From the NCBI GenBank assembly GCA_043228905.1, contig JBHGNT010000014.1, positions 17,174,001 to 17,238,000 of the forward strand: a DNA stretch of 64,000 bases, read 5' to 3'. Both the position numbers and the translations under genes were made by a program. Positions within the stretch are counted from its first letter, which is position 1, and every line of letters begins with the position of its first letter. Source of the DNA: Azolla caroliniana (lineage: Eukaryota; Plantae; Polypodiophyta). Positions 38,496 to 52,554 of this stretch are shown here, in pieces. Below the pieces are notes generated by a model, which saw only the letters and a list, made by a program, of their open reading frames with translations, searched no databases and had not been told where the DNA came from.

Positions 38496-38869
38496 GATAA
38501 TAATAATAATCATAATCATAATAGCAGGCGGAGAAGAAGACAGAAAAAACTAAGAATTATAAGAAAAAGGAAACGAGACAGACTTAAATTTCTAAATTTT
38601 CTGAGGTTTTTTTTTAATTCATTTAAATTCATTTTCTGAAAGACAAAGACTGAGAGAGGCGGCTTTCAACACGAAGTTTTTTGCTCGAAATTTCTACTAT
38701 TTACATAATTGACTCTCTTGTTCTTTTAAAATTAATTAATAAATTAATTATTATAATAAGAGAATAAATAATATGGAGGATAATAATAAAAAAACGGATG
38801 GCGTTTTTGTTCCTCGCTTTTTTTTTTATTACTTTTTAATTTTTTTCTCCATTTCTCTCGTGCCGGCGG

Positions 38870-39250
38870 ATTATTTATTTATTTATTTATTTATCTACTT
38901 AATTATTTATCTTCTTATTTATTCATTTATTTATCTATTTTTATTTATTTATCGATTTATGTATTTTTATTTATTTATGATTTATGTATTTTTATTTATT
39001 TATCGATTTATCTATTTTTATTTATTTATCGATTTATCTATTTTTATTTATTTATCGATTTATCTATTTACTTATTTATTGATTGATATTTATCTTCTTC
39101 TTTATTAATCTATTTATTTATCTAATTATTAATCTATTTATTTATCTATTTATTTTTATTTATTTATCTATTGATTTATTTATCGATTTACCTATTTATA
39201 TATTTATTTCTATTTAATTGTCTACTATTTATCTATTTATTTTGTTTTTT
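38870..39250. repeat. (ATTT/ATCT)n low-complexity tract
   Basis: Read directly. Confidence 0.9.
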
Positions 39251-39329
39251 TTATGGGGAGGAGGGGTCTTTGGGTCTTGAGTCCTACTCCCGACCATCCC
39301 AAACTCTTGGCCACACCTCCTCAAGGCCA

Positions 39330-39361
<32 letters not shown>

Positions 39362-42300
39362 CAACTAGCTTTCATGTCCGCACCAACATATGGTTCCATG
39401 TATGTTGCCAGTTCCATTCCGAAACATTGGCCGCAAATATATCGACTAGTTTCGTCACCCTTTCCGATTGTCCATTAAGTACCACACAGTTCCCTCCTGC
39501 CAGTTCCGTCCCAAACACACTTGCTGCATTTTCAACCAAGTTATGTCGGCCCTTCTCAACAACTGTAACAACTCGGGACCAGGAACAATTGTCACATATG
39601 TGTATTATGACACCACCTCGCCCTTTAACCATTCCACTTAGTAAGGCAATCGGTGGTAGCACCCGATTGAGCTTTTGAAAGCCAACGTTGTGCTTCTTGC
39701 CTTCAATTTATAACCGTGATGGATCATCACTCTTGATGGATATTATGATCACAACGTCTTCATTGTTTCTAGCTTGTGTAACACTACTTCTAGCCTCAAG
39801 ATTTTGGTTCTTGCTTTGTCTCCCCTCTTTGTTTACATTATTAATAACGGAAATATATGAGGTTAATCTCCTTATTCCTCAAGTCGAAATTAAAGGTCCA
39901 TTGAAAGAAAGTCTATAGTTATCACAAATGATAACTTAATGAGCGATTCACATGGCGCCACTTGAGTAAAATAAATAAAAAAGATGAAGGTTCATTGCTA
40001 AGGTTGCAATGGGAGACTTGGTTGGAATAATCATGAAAGTAAACCAAAATCACTACCTACTCTGACTACATTGCTTTACTAAACTCTCTTTCTCCCTCTT
40101 TTATATATTATACATCCACATTGGCACACACCCCCAATCCATGGATCACACACACATGTATGTGTGAGTGGGTTGGTGTAGAAAGAGCGGTATATGATGA
40201 TGATAACGTCTAGGGGGGGCCCAACATGACCCATTGGACCAACATTCGTTACGATGAACCCTCTTCAATCATGTAGGTAGGGAGTTTTTAAATGGTCGAG
40301 CAAAAAGTAAAAGTAAAAGTTGGAATGGTTGTCGAATTTCACTGTTTCGATTTTCATCTAGAGAGAGAGAGAGAGATGCACTTGTATAGGGGTGTCTACA
40401 TTGTTTAGGGGCGTGTACATTGTCTTGGCCTAAATCACTGTAATGCAGTATTTTGCATTGTCTCTCTTTTGTATGCAAACATGAGATAGACATATGGATT
40501 ACCATTGTGTGCGTGTGTGTGTTTTGCACACATGTGAATGGTATTTATATATTTGGAAACAAAACACTAAGAGACTTATGGAAACACAATATCATGTAGG
40601 AGTAATGATGACTCATGACAATTCCCATACACGTAAGGGTTTTACTAGTATCCTATAACAAAACATTTCTTTACAAGTCAATGGCTGCGGAGACTTAGAC
40701 GAATTGAAGGAGCATCACTTGTAGTTGTGAAGTGTGCATTAATCCACCTCCCTAAAGGGACATCTATTCTTGTTGCAATAAAGGTAAGCTCCATGTGTAC
40801 TAGTGTAATAACACAAACTTAATTTAGTTTGACGTTGTGACTTTACCTATACAAATTGATTTGCTAGCCCAACAATGTTCTAAAGAAATAGTCGCAACAA
40901 ATAAACATAAACATGATTGCTTCTTGCCATGATGAAAGGTTTGGGGTTAACCCACAATTCTAAATTAGTTTATCTCAATGCCATTATGTGTATGAAGAGG
41001 AGCTCATGTCTAAAACACATGTTTAAGGTATTGTAGCCATCGAGAGAAACCCCAACTACCGATTGTGAAGTGTCAGAGTTATATGCAAAGGTAACACTGT
41101 GATGTAATTGGTTCATATTTATAAAATTATATGTTTAAAAGGTATATTGATGGCAATATATATATCCAAGGCATGTTTAGGAGAATGTATTGACAATGAT
41201 ATGTTGTCCCTTTAGCTTTTTCTATATTTAAGGCAATATCGACAAGGATACCTCAAAAGATGACAAAGCAATACATCAAAGCCATATATCTTGCTTATCC
41301 CCCACCTAGGGATAAATATACATCTATGTAGGTGGTAGACCATCATTGACCGATGTGCCTTGGGAAACTCAAGAGTTGCAGGCCACATTTGTCTTTATTC
41401 TTCATTGTGGTGGAGGCTACCTAAAAGCGATTTTGGCAATTAAGGGTAGTGATAAATTGTTTGAACCCCTTTAGGAGGGTTTGAGATCGGTAAAGTTCTC
41501 GAAGGGGTTGTAAGTTGATAGAATAAATTCATGTTCATTTATACAACTATGGGTGTCCATGTCCGATTCGGCTTGCTAGATATTACTAGTAGGTCTGTCA
41601 CACAATTAGAGGTGATGTCCAGGTGACTTGGTCATTGACGCCTATCAAACTCGTAATGACGTCGGACCCAAATAATTGGTTCTAATTTGACTCACGTCAA
41701 ACATACCCATGGGATCGAAATTGAGAGCTCATATTAAATATGATAAGTTGAAAGTAGTGGGTTGACATGAACTATTAGATTCTTTTCAAATAAGCAACAT
41801 ATAAAAAGACATCAAACCGCTAAAGCAAAGAGGGTGTGAGAAAAAGGAGAGAGGGACGTGAGAGGAAATAATTAAAAGGAACAAAGTAACAATAGAAATG
41901 TAGACATCCCTCCCGTAAAAAGAAAGGCATAAATAACGGTGCCACCCCAAGGGTTTGAAAGCAACAAAACGAGAAGAAGCTATAAAGTGATCGAGATTAA
42001 ACTAAAAGAAAAGAGGGGAGCAAGAGAAATAAGGCCGAAGTGATGGTACAAGAGAATGTGAACGATAATGACCCATCATTCATTGGAATTCATGATCGCA
42101 TGCGCATCCCTTCCTCTCATTTTCACAAGTGTCCCACCATGTATAATATACTCTTCGAGTATTTCATTCAAATTTTTAATGTACTAATACTACTACTACG
42201 ATTGTCTCCACGCAGTTCACAACTTTGGTAGTCACCAATTGTCCATTTTAATCAATAGTAGTTGCAAGCGGGGATTCTCTTCATGTGTTTAAAATTTATT

Positions 42301-43039
42301 TTTTTTCTCTAGAGTACATGTTGAAATCAATAGTAGTCACAATGGCATTATTGAAGAAACTAATAGTAAATGCTTTATGTTGTAGTCACTACTAATATTT
42401 ACATGTTATAAGATTACCATATAATACAAAGAAATTTGAAAGTGGTTGATTAACAGTCTTAATACTCTTTGAGTAACTTTTTTGCCGAATCTTGATTTTC
42501 ATGTATGGAAATTATTTAACATTCATACCGACAACCAAGCACTTTATGATAGAAAAGTAAATTGTGTTCGTTATGCTTGATAGAACATGTTTTCATTGCA
42601 CGACATATGTCCATGACGTGGGTCGGTGATGCTAGACGAAAGTGTGTATATGTCACTAATGCGCAAGTTCTTTTTTTCATGTCTCCGATTGGATGTATGT
42701 CTATATCCCACATCATGGACCTAGCATTAGAAACGTAGCAATGAATTGTTTACTTTTATCTTATTGAACATATTATCATGGATTTATAAAGATAAGGATG
42801 CATTTTAATTCATGTAAAATCTCAAAAATGAGGTGTTTATAACATAACTTGAATTGGGAAAGGATGCATTAGCTATTCACATATATTTGAATAAGGAGAT
42901 CTTTGTTGCTTTGATAGATACGTAATCAAGTCAAAAGTAAACAAATTCAGAAACAGATGGATTATCCAAACTTACTCGAGGTTTCCTTTTTTGTCTTTTA
43001 TTTGATTTAGTATCATGGAACTTTGACAAGTTATATGAT

Positions 43040-43325
43040 GGGAAAAGTACCAGGATACCCCTGGAAGTTCCAAATTTACCAAACTACCCCTATGTCCAAA
43101 ATATTACACTTTATAAAGTAATTATACACTCAAATCTACAAGCCCTATTTACCAAAGATGGAAGAAATGGACCCGAACTAGCCCTATTTACCAAAGAAGA
43201 TTTGAGTGTATAATTACTTTATAAAGTGTAATTTTTTGGACATAGGGGTAGTTTGGTAAATTTGGAACTTTCAGGGGCATTCTGGTAAATAGACGAACTT
43301 CCAAGGGTATCCTGGTACTTTTCCC
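43040..43325. mobile_element. Mutator-type foldback MITE (286 bp)
   Basis: About 100-bp near-perfect TIRs GGGAAAAGTACCAGGATACCC... and a perfect 9-bp TSD TTATATGAT (43031-43039, 43326-43334). Confidence 0.92.
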
Positions 43326-46300
43326 TTATATGATTCACTATCATACCCAAGTTGAGTACACCATCAACGTTTCATGATATAGATGGAAGAAAAAAAGCAC
43401 ACATGTTCTAATGAAGCTTCCATGAATAAGATTTGTTTGGTGCATGATAGTTCTAAGATTTCCAGTTAACTTAACTAAAATCATCTACAATCTTGATATA
43501 AAATCAAGTTTCAAATATGAAAACACCAAGAATGCATTTGACATTCAAAATAGACATGTATCAATCAAGAACAAAATTAGAAAAAGCTTGAAGTCCTTAT
43601 GGCATAACTTGTGAGAAAACCTAAAGATAAATGTACAAAGTCTACCCAAATTGCTTGTATAATATGTATGTCCTTGTTCTCAAGGTGGGTGATCCACATG
43701 ATTACTCCCATTGTTTGATAAATTGAACGATTCTAAAGAACAACATAAAGTTAATTTTAATACAAGAATGGAATTTCAAGGTATTCGTGAAGGAAAGTAA
43801 AAATCTTGAAAGGGAAAGAAATTTCCCAATGGAAAAACATGTACTATTCTATGAAAGGTGTCACCAACATAAATTTGGACCAAGTTCAATGTCAATACAA
43901 GACTATTATTAGTGAAAATTGATTTGAATGATACACATAAATGAGACTAGAATATACTTTAGGATGATCAACGGATATTCAAAGAACATTTCATACTTAA
44001 TACTAATTTCTTAAGATATAGCTATGGCACAACATAATGTAACATCAATCAATGCTTCATGTGGTCTACAAAATGAGCATATGTAAAGCTTGAGAAAATT
44101 AGGGCAATCGGAATAATCACTCAAGGAGCTATATAGTGAGAAGATGCAATTTCAAATGTTTACCATGTTTTAGTGCCGTGTATTAGTTGACCTTTGGTGT
44201 GTTGAGATTATTTGGCACTATTTTTTATGTAATTTAAAGGTGTTTCCCAAGAAAAGATATCTCTCTATGATTGCATTGGAGATTTTATGATTGAAATTCT
44301 CATGATCAATTATTAAAGTAGAGTAAAGTTATAATCAAACAATAAGGTTAACAACTAAGAAATAATGCATTAAGAGCATAAGATGTCAATACATATTGGT
44401 TAAAGTTGAAATCTAAATAAGAGCTGAAGAAGAAGAAGAAGAGATCTTTCTGGTTTATTTGACCAATTAATCTAGAATGCATTGGAAAAACATCATTAAA
44501 AATTCTTTGGATTGAAATCAATTTCTAAAGTTGATAAATCTACAGAAAGGTCATAGACTTCGTAATCTGTAGACTTGATTTATGAACTTATGTTTGAAGG
44601 TTTTTATCTCAAGCTTTGGAATTATGCGATCATTTAATGTACAAACTTTAAAAGTAAAGCTCAAAGGTGACTGCTAAGTGCAACGAAAATTCTGATTTAT
44701 TGTAGAGAAACAAAACTTAGGCGTGGACTAAACAAGCACAAACGAAAGGTTGGGACAAGGGCAAGTTTTATTGAGTGTGACCATAAACTAATCAAAAGTT
44801 AGGAAACAAGACAATTCAAATGCAGATAGTTTGAGCACACATTAGGATGAAGTATTTATATGTATATGAAGCACAAACTATAGGTAGATGGACAACCTTT
44901 GTCTCGTTTGTATATAGAATTGGTTGAGTGAACCTTGTGACTATCTCCCATGTAGAGATGGAGATGGGACCCACAAGACTCTTGCATGAATACATGTATC
45001 CATCACATTGTGATACATGCATGTGTATACATATACCACCGTGATCACTACAAATGACACTTCTATTCAAGTTACTATATAATTAAACATAAAAAGAAGA
45101 AATAGAGATAAATAAATCATTTTAGCAGGGAAGAGAGTAACATGGTCTATGTTTGGATTACAAATAGAAGGATTAATATAAATAAATAAGAATATAGTAA
45201 TAGTGATTGCGTAGATGTGTAGTTATAGCTCCGGTAGTGCACACATTGTAGATAAAACATAATAAGTTATTCAATACTTGCATATGAACATCTTCATTGT
45301 ATGCTATTCCCCCTAATATTTAACTTAACCCTAAGGTTACACCTCATGGTCTATGCACACACATAAACTGTACTCATAGCTAATGTTGTTTCGCAATAGA
45401 AAGCTGTATTTCACACACGTTTTGGAACTTTTCGGAAAAACGTTACATGTTTTGACACAAACACCCCACTCTCTACCAAACAAAATATACCATTTTAATT
45501 TACTAAATGATTGTCGACAATTGAATGTCTTGTGCTATGGTTAAAGATAAACAAATGCTAGCCGTGTTTAAACTTTAGATTTTTCTTTTCTTTGTGATTG
45601 TTGATATCGATATATAAATTATCGAAAAATAGCAGTATGGTGAACCATACACTAGGTTTAAGCAAATTAACAATCATATTACCTAAACATTATGTTTGTA
45701 TATAGTTAAATTCATGTTTACCCCTCACAATCTTTACTTTACTTCGACTTAATTAATTTTTTTCCTTTAAAGATTTTCTTCAACTACTTCGACTTAATTA
45801 TGCATATAGCTATACTTAAGCACATTGTTTATGTAGCATCTAAATCTAAACTATATATATAGACTATCCTAATATACAATAATATCAACAATCTTAGAAG
45901 AGAATGAAAACTCTCTCTCTCTCTCTAGTTAAGACTAGAATGCATCCTAAAACAAGAGTACAAAACCGTAGTTGTCCCTACCATACTATGGAGGGATCTT
46001 TTGGTAAGCTAAACCGCCTAAGGTGTTGTAAGACTAGCTAACATAAAGGCTACACTTATAAGGACAATGTGCCTGCATGTCTCATTTGCAAAACACTACC
46101 AAATCAGTTCTGCTTTCAACTTTATACTTGTTGAGCTCCTTCGTAAAGAACATTAAACAAGAACCCATTTCTCATTCGCCAATTGAACCATGGTGCCTAA
46201 AACCATTGGTAGTGCCGAGCGAGTGAGAAAGAACCAGAAGGGAGATAATTTGTAGCGAGGCAAGGGGGTTGAAATATGATGGGCACTTTTTAAGCATTTT

Positions 46301-46789
46301 GAAAAGTTGAGGGTATTTCTTGAGATTTTAGGGTAACGATATGATGGCGTTTTTTGGTAGCATTCCTTCATTAAATTGTTTTTTTATGTAATATAAAATA
46401 CTATTTAGTTATTTATCACAAATAAGTATTTTCACGACAACATCGCGACAAAAAACAAACAATTCCTTGCCTAATGTTTTTTTGTTTTCTTCCTCTCTCC
46501 TTTTTTTTATAAAAAATATAAGAGTAACAAAAGAACCTACAAAAACGTTTATTGAAAAAGAGGTAAATAACAATTAAAGACAAAAAGCAAAATCAAAAGC
46601 AATAGTTTCTTGCCTTTTCTTCTAGAATAACATTTCAATATATATAAAAAAACATATCTTGCATAAATTGGATTGGAATGTGATCTCAGTTCGAGACAGA
46701 TAATTATGTTGTTGGGTGAATGGCTATGGGTCATCAAAGAACAGTTCCACGCTTTTGCAGAGACAATTTTGGCGTTTACAAATAAGATG

Positions 46790-47225
46790 GTCATCGAGAA
46801 TAGTTTCCCACTTGTGTGGACACATTTTTGCATTTGTAGATGTCATAGCTTATATTGACAATGGTTTCACACTTGGGCAGGTCGAGAATAGTTTCGCACT
46901 TGCATGGACACATTTTCGCATTCATAGATGTCATAGGTTATATCGAGAATGGTTTCACACTTGGTCAGATCAACAATAATTTCGCACTTGCATGGGCACA
47001 TTTTTGCATTCGTAGATATCATAGGTTATGTCAAGAATGGTTTCGCACTTGGGTAGATCGAGAATAGTTTCGCACTTGCATGGAAACATTTTTGCATTCA
47101 TAGATGACATAGGTTATATCGAGAATGGTTTCACACTTGGGCAGAAACTTTTTTTGCATTCACGAATATTATGGGTCATATCGAGGACGCTTTCACACTA
47201 GGGTAGACACATTTTGCATTTACCA
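46790..47225. repeat. 88-bp composite minisatellite, about 5 copies
   Basis: tcgagaata(g/a)tttc(g/c)cacttg recurs at 46794, 46882, 46970 and 47058. Each unit consists of related 60- and 28-bp subunits. Confidence 0.88.
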
Positions 47226-47521
47226 ATGTTTGTTTTGACCACCTTTTGGTTGTTTACTACCTTTTCTTCTTCAAGTATTGTCTTCTTTTTAATGATTTGT
47301 TTGTTTTCTCGCCCTCGGCACATGCCTCCTCGCGGGGCCTTCTAAAAAACATGAAAAGAGAAATCGTTTACTCCACACTTTCCCATGTTAATTCTTATTC
47401 TCATTATCTTTTTTTCGGTCTTGTCAGAGGATGTTCCTATGGAGTCCTAGTAACCAGGAGTTATCCTCACCAACTTTCTTATCACGAACTTTAAAAATTA
47501 TTCCAAAGTTTTTTTTATTAT

Positions 47522-47990
47522 GGGGAAGAATACCAAAATATACCCTCCATGCATTAGAAATTCAAAAAGTATGCTTGGTTACCCTCAAACTCATCTTTAC
47601 TTGGGCCCTTGGTCAAAGTTGAGTTGCTAAATCTTGTCACAAATTAAGATTCTAACACATAATTGTTATATGTTTAAGTATAGCGTGAGGCTGTGAAAAT
47701 TAATTTGTCATGGCTAATCACAAGATTCAACTATTAATTGTTCTATGATTAAAAAGTGAACATGTGTGATTGTTTTGATTAGAGTCTTAATTTGCTAATT
47801 TAGGTAGGTGTTGATCAACAAAATTAGAAGCTTAACTTGATAGTTTTCTTATAGACAATGATTAATTACACGATTAATCTTAATTCCCATGTGATTAGGA
47901 GGTCAAATTTGACCAAGCACATATAGGTAATTTTGAAAGTAAATTAGCATACTTTTTGAAATTTGGATACACATACATGTATGCATACTG
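47522..47990. mobile_element. degenerate Mutator-type MITE
   Basis: Inverted blocks ttcaaaaagtatgct/agcatactttttgaa and ttggtcaaa/tttgaccaa; GGG(G)AA..TACCA-like left end. No TSD found. Confidence 0.55.
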
Positions 47991-49535
47991 ATAGGACCAT
48001 GTTTCGGTAAATGTTCAAGTATTATAATCCCCCTTTCGCTTTTAATTTCACGGGGTTCTCAATCTCGTGTTGATAACCTTAAATTTGTCAATACGAGGGA
48101 TTTCTTTCAATTCCTCCATCTAATTTAACACACAACTAACCCCACTATTTGTATCACATTTACTAGTGTTTTAGCTACCAGCCTACCACTCCTTGAAACT
48201 AGAGTATATTTGGTAATCCATATTTTAGCCAACTTATAACATACACAACTAGTTTTCCCATGTCTCCAAATTTGCAAGAGAGTTCCCATTGCCCAAACTC
48301 TACTAATTTGCATGAAGTTGTAGCTCATTGGGAATCCTAAACGTCAATTAATTTACGCATAAATGTAACCATGACAGTATAACATGCTATGAACTCTCCC
48401 ACTTCTTTGGACCAACCGAGTTACAAAGGAATTCGAGGTATAATACATAAAATAGCCATCGAGAAATAGGTTACCAAATTTGTATCATAAGAGTTTGGGA
48501 ATATCTCCATGTGATTGCACAAATATATTAGGTGTCACTATGGAATGGAGTATTCCATTCCCATTGATCCAAGCAACAAATTCGATTGAAATCAAGGAAC
48601 GACAATATTATCCTTGAATCGAACATTAAACGATATAAAATGCACACAATATTAAAAAATGGCAAGCCTAAAGAATCAATCCCATGAGCTGTCCCTTTCA
48701 CATGGAAGACTGCAATAATTAGATGAAAAGAACATTTTCCCAACATGGAAAGAAAAAGTTATGGGATTTGCACAAATTTCGGAGAAACATCTTGGATTAT
48801 TCTATGGCTCTATATGGAACAATGCATTATGACTCGGACATTATAATCATATTATGTTGCAAAGGTTATCTAAAAACAATAAAATTTAAGCACTAACACA
48901 TTTGAACAAAAAATAAGGACTAGCACACCTGAACAATATAGTTGAGTAAAACCTTTAATAATAAGAAGAGTCGGGATGCGTTTTATAATAAAGAATAACA
49001 GATGGGAAAGATACATTTTTTAGTTCAAGAAGCCCAATGTCCAAAGTGTCAATGGCAAACATTATTTAACATCATCACTACATGGCATTAAGCTCAAGTA
49101 AACCCGTTTTTCAATTTCGATAGTGCTCAATCACATCACGGTGACTTCAAGATGATTGATACATGATGTCAAGTCTATGAAAACATTGATATAGATAGAC
49201 CTCCTCACCATGACCTTTTACAACATGCCATGCTCAAGACTTTGCATTATTCATTATACTGATTTATTTGCTATTGATATCATGACACATTTCCAAACAA
49301 ACCATCCAAGTACTTGACTAGGGATGCCAACGTCATAACAAACCCCCCGAATGTATTTTTGCCTTAGTAATAATTTAATAAATGATGAGAATGGTAATTT
49401 TCTATATATCTTCATCAACATCATTGTGAAAAACCTATCATTGCCATAGGCCCATAAGTATTTGTCTCTATATTAGAGCACATGAGTTGTTTTGAAGAAA
49501 CATAGAAAGAGAACAAGGGAGCTTGATATTCCTTT

Positions 49536-50058
49536 GAAGGTTTATAGGAAACCATGTTCACCATTTGCATTGGATGAACTATGAAATGTGATAGTGAACG
49601 AATAGGCCCATCTAGAGGAATTAGGTGATTAGAGATATAATGGTGTGAAGGTTTATAGGAAACCATGTTCACCATTTGCATTGGATGTTATGAAATGTGA
49701 TAGTGAAAGAATAGGCCCATCTAGAGGAATTAGGTGATCAGGGATATATTGGTGTATAGGAAACCATGTTCACCATTTGCATTGGATGTTATGAAATGTG
49801 ATAGTGAAAGAATAGGCCCATCTAGAGGAATTAGGTGATCAGGGATATATTGGTGTATAGGAAACCATGTTCACCATTTGCATTGGATGTTATGAAATGT
49901 GATAGTGAAAGAATAGGCCCATCTAGAGGAATTAGGTGATCAGGGATATATTGGTGTATAGGAAACCATGTTCACCATTTGCATTGGATGTTATGAAATG
50001 TGACAGTCAAAGAATAGGCCCATCTAGAGGAATTTGGTGATTAGGGATATAATGGTGT
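49536..50058. repeat. 101-bp tandem repeat, 5 copies
   Basis: tataggaaaccatgttcaccatttgcattggatg...ggcccatctagaggaattaggtgat; the inner copies are essentially identical. Confidence 0.95.
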
Positions 50059-50250
50059 CAGGAAAAAGAAAAAAGAAAAAAGAAAAGATGAGCTAAAGAA
50101 AATTAGCATTCAAAAGCTTAAGAAATGCAAATCAATAGATGGGAACTTCCTTCATAGTAAATTCGGGTTGCTACCCATGAGCTTGGTACATATCACCTTG
50201 CATAATATAACTTCTAAAGAGCCGGCATGGAAACCAAATGCTGAATTAAG

Positions 50251-50594
50251 ATGGATTGCACCTACCTGGGAATGTGGATTGGTGTAGATATTGACAAAAG
50301 AATACAATTGAAACAAATTCAAAGTAAAATTTGCGACAAAATCCGCATCTGGTTAGGGATGAATTTATCATTAGTTGGTAGGATCATAGTAGCTAACCAT
50401 GTGCTCTTGTCTACGCTGTGGCATGTGGTCTCAATGTGGATGTTTGACATGCATGCTATTCGTATTGTTAAAGTGTGTATCGGGGCCTTTCTATGGGTTG
50501 GGAATAGGAAAGACAATGTGACAACTAAAGTATCACGGTCTACGTTGATTCTTCCCAAAAGTAAGGGGAGTTTAGGATTGATTGTCCATGGAAT
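50251..50594 (+). mobile_element. LINE (L1/Tx1-like) ORF2 fragment
   Basis: TYLG...W..MNLSLVGRIIVANHVLLS.LW...FLW.G...LILPKSKGSLGL, the typical post-RT region. It is cut by an LTR-like sequence at 50595. Confidence 0.8.
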
Positions 50595-51125
50595 TGTTAG
50601 CTGGTCAAGGAATGAGCCGGACAAGTATGAAAGCGTCAAAGTCGACAATGTTCGAAAACTACAAAGTTGAAGTCGGATCAACTAGCCGGATCAATGAGTC
50701 AGTAGTTTTGCCGACAAAATAATAATTATGAATATTTAAGTTAGTTATTTTTGTAGTTCTTGCCAACAAGGCAAAATATAGTTCTTGATGAGGAAGTCTT
50801 CAGGTTACCTATAAAAAGGAACCGAAAGCATTGTACTACTATCGTCTGTTTTCAGTTAATATAGTTTTTAGTTATAGGAATTCTGAGCACTTGTGTTAAT
50901 AATATTGTTCTCTATAATGCTGTTCTGCTATAACTGTACTAACTAAAATAGTTGATCACGATACAAATATAGTACGTAGGTTACGATTAATCTAGTATAA
51001 TCCATTCATATTCCACAGTTCTTTGATAGAATGTTCGTCACAGAACGTTCAACCTTACTATCAGTCGGTCACATAAAGTCGTATGTTGGCCAAACAACAC
51101 AGTAAATTTTGGCACGCCCGGTTAC
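50595..51125 (+). mobile_element. LTR-like sequence followed by a TGGCACGCCC PBS-like motif (gypsy Tat/Ogre-like)
   Basis: Starts with TGTTAG, has a TATA box (cctataaaa near 50810), and ttttggcacgcccgg at about 51107-51121. No TSD and no partner LTR found. Confidence 0.5.
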
Positions 51126-52208
51126 ATTTGCATTCAGTAGGATGCACTCCGCCGATTCTCCTGATATTCTCTGATTCCGCCTAGGGACGGTTTTCTCCAC
51201 GATATCCGGCATGGCCATATAATATCCCGTGGTAAGTTGTACCGTAGTATTCTACACACAAGGATAACATGTGAGGGTTAACCGTAGTATTACTTTTAAT
51301 CCTAGGGATTGAGACAACCCATTAAGGCCAAGTGTGAACTGGCATGGGGGCCTTAGGTCTTGCTATAAATATGAGGCCTAGGCACCCTCATTTGACACAT
51401 CTTTTGACTACGTCGAGACTCTGACGTCGTGGTGATCAAAATCTTGAAGTGAGTACACCAATATCGGGTACGAGTCGATGCCACGACAATGCTATGGGAC
51501 GTCGATTGAGGCTCAAGTTCGTCTTGATCCCTTCGCTCAGGGGTGGGCGGGTGGATCAACACCCTTCTTTCACTCTCTTCTCTATTTATATTTATATTCT
51601 ATTTTCTTTTCTCATTCTTGTTACGAAGGCGCTCAGGCACTTCTTTGTGCACAACCGATTGTGATGTGCTAGATTGTTTAATGTGCTCAAGACAGAAAAG
51701 GAAAGGGGAAGGAGGCTTACCTCTGTACCAAAACCAAAAGCTTCTATTTCATTACACAGAGAGAACCTCCCGTCTGTTCCTTCTTCTCTTACAACTTATT
51801 ACTCTTCTTTTTACCTAAGTTATAAGTGACTTATATATGTAGCTAATTAGCTGTGAGTAGCTAATTAGCTTTGACTAGCTAAATAGTTGTTGTTGAGAAT
51901 CAAGCTCAACTTGGTCTAGTGTGTGAACTCACCTTGAGAGTGAATAGACACTCCAACGGTCAAGAGTCACCATTATGTCACCACTTTGTATTCTAGCATT
52001 TAGTATGAGTCATAATATCATATTCTATGACACATAACTTATGAGGTTTCACATTCCCCATGCTCCATGAGTCTTGTAGTTAATGAAGAGAGAGGGTGAC
52101 GATATAAAGCACCCTCCTCCCACCTTGTATAATGTTGAGTCTTTCTCCTTTGTTAATATAATCTACCTTGCGTATAGTCTATGTCTTACTCCTTGTCTCT
52201 GTCACTCA

Positions 52209-52352
<144 letters not shown>

Positions 52353-52554
52353 GTTCACACCTATTCCGCTACACAAGAGTCATACCCGATTCTTTACATG
52401 GTATCAGAGCAGTTTGGTAGCTCCATCTAGCCCATCCGCGTGTGTTGAGTTCTACGCCGATGTTCAAGAAGAACCGGCTCATTGCTATCGTAGCTTCGCT
52501 ACATAGCTCGCATTCGAAGAGAGAAGAAGAAGAAGAAGAAGAAGAATCGACATA

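Noticed and set aside
38773-39368. hydrophobic FIYL-rich ORFs
   Set aside because: (ATTT)n low complexity.
39372-39800. minus-strand 96-aa ORF extendable through one stop
   Set aside because: No recognisable motif or splice structure; a BLASTX search is needed.
40700-41700. possible gypsy RT/integrase traces on the minus strand
   Set aside because: Too degraded to support by eye.
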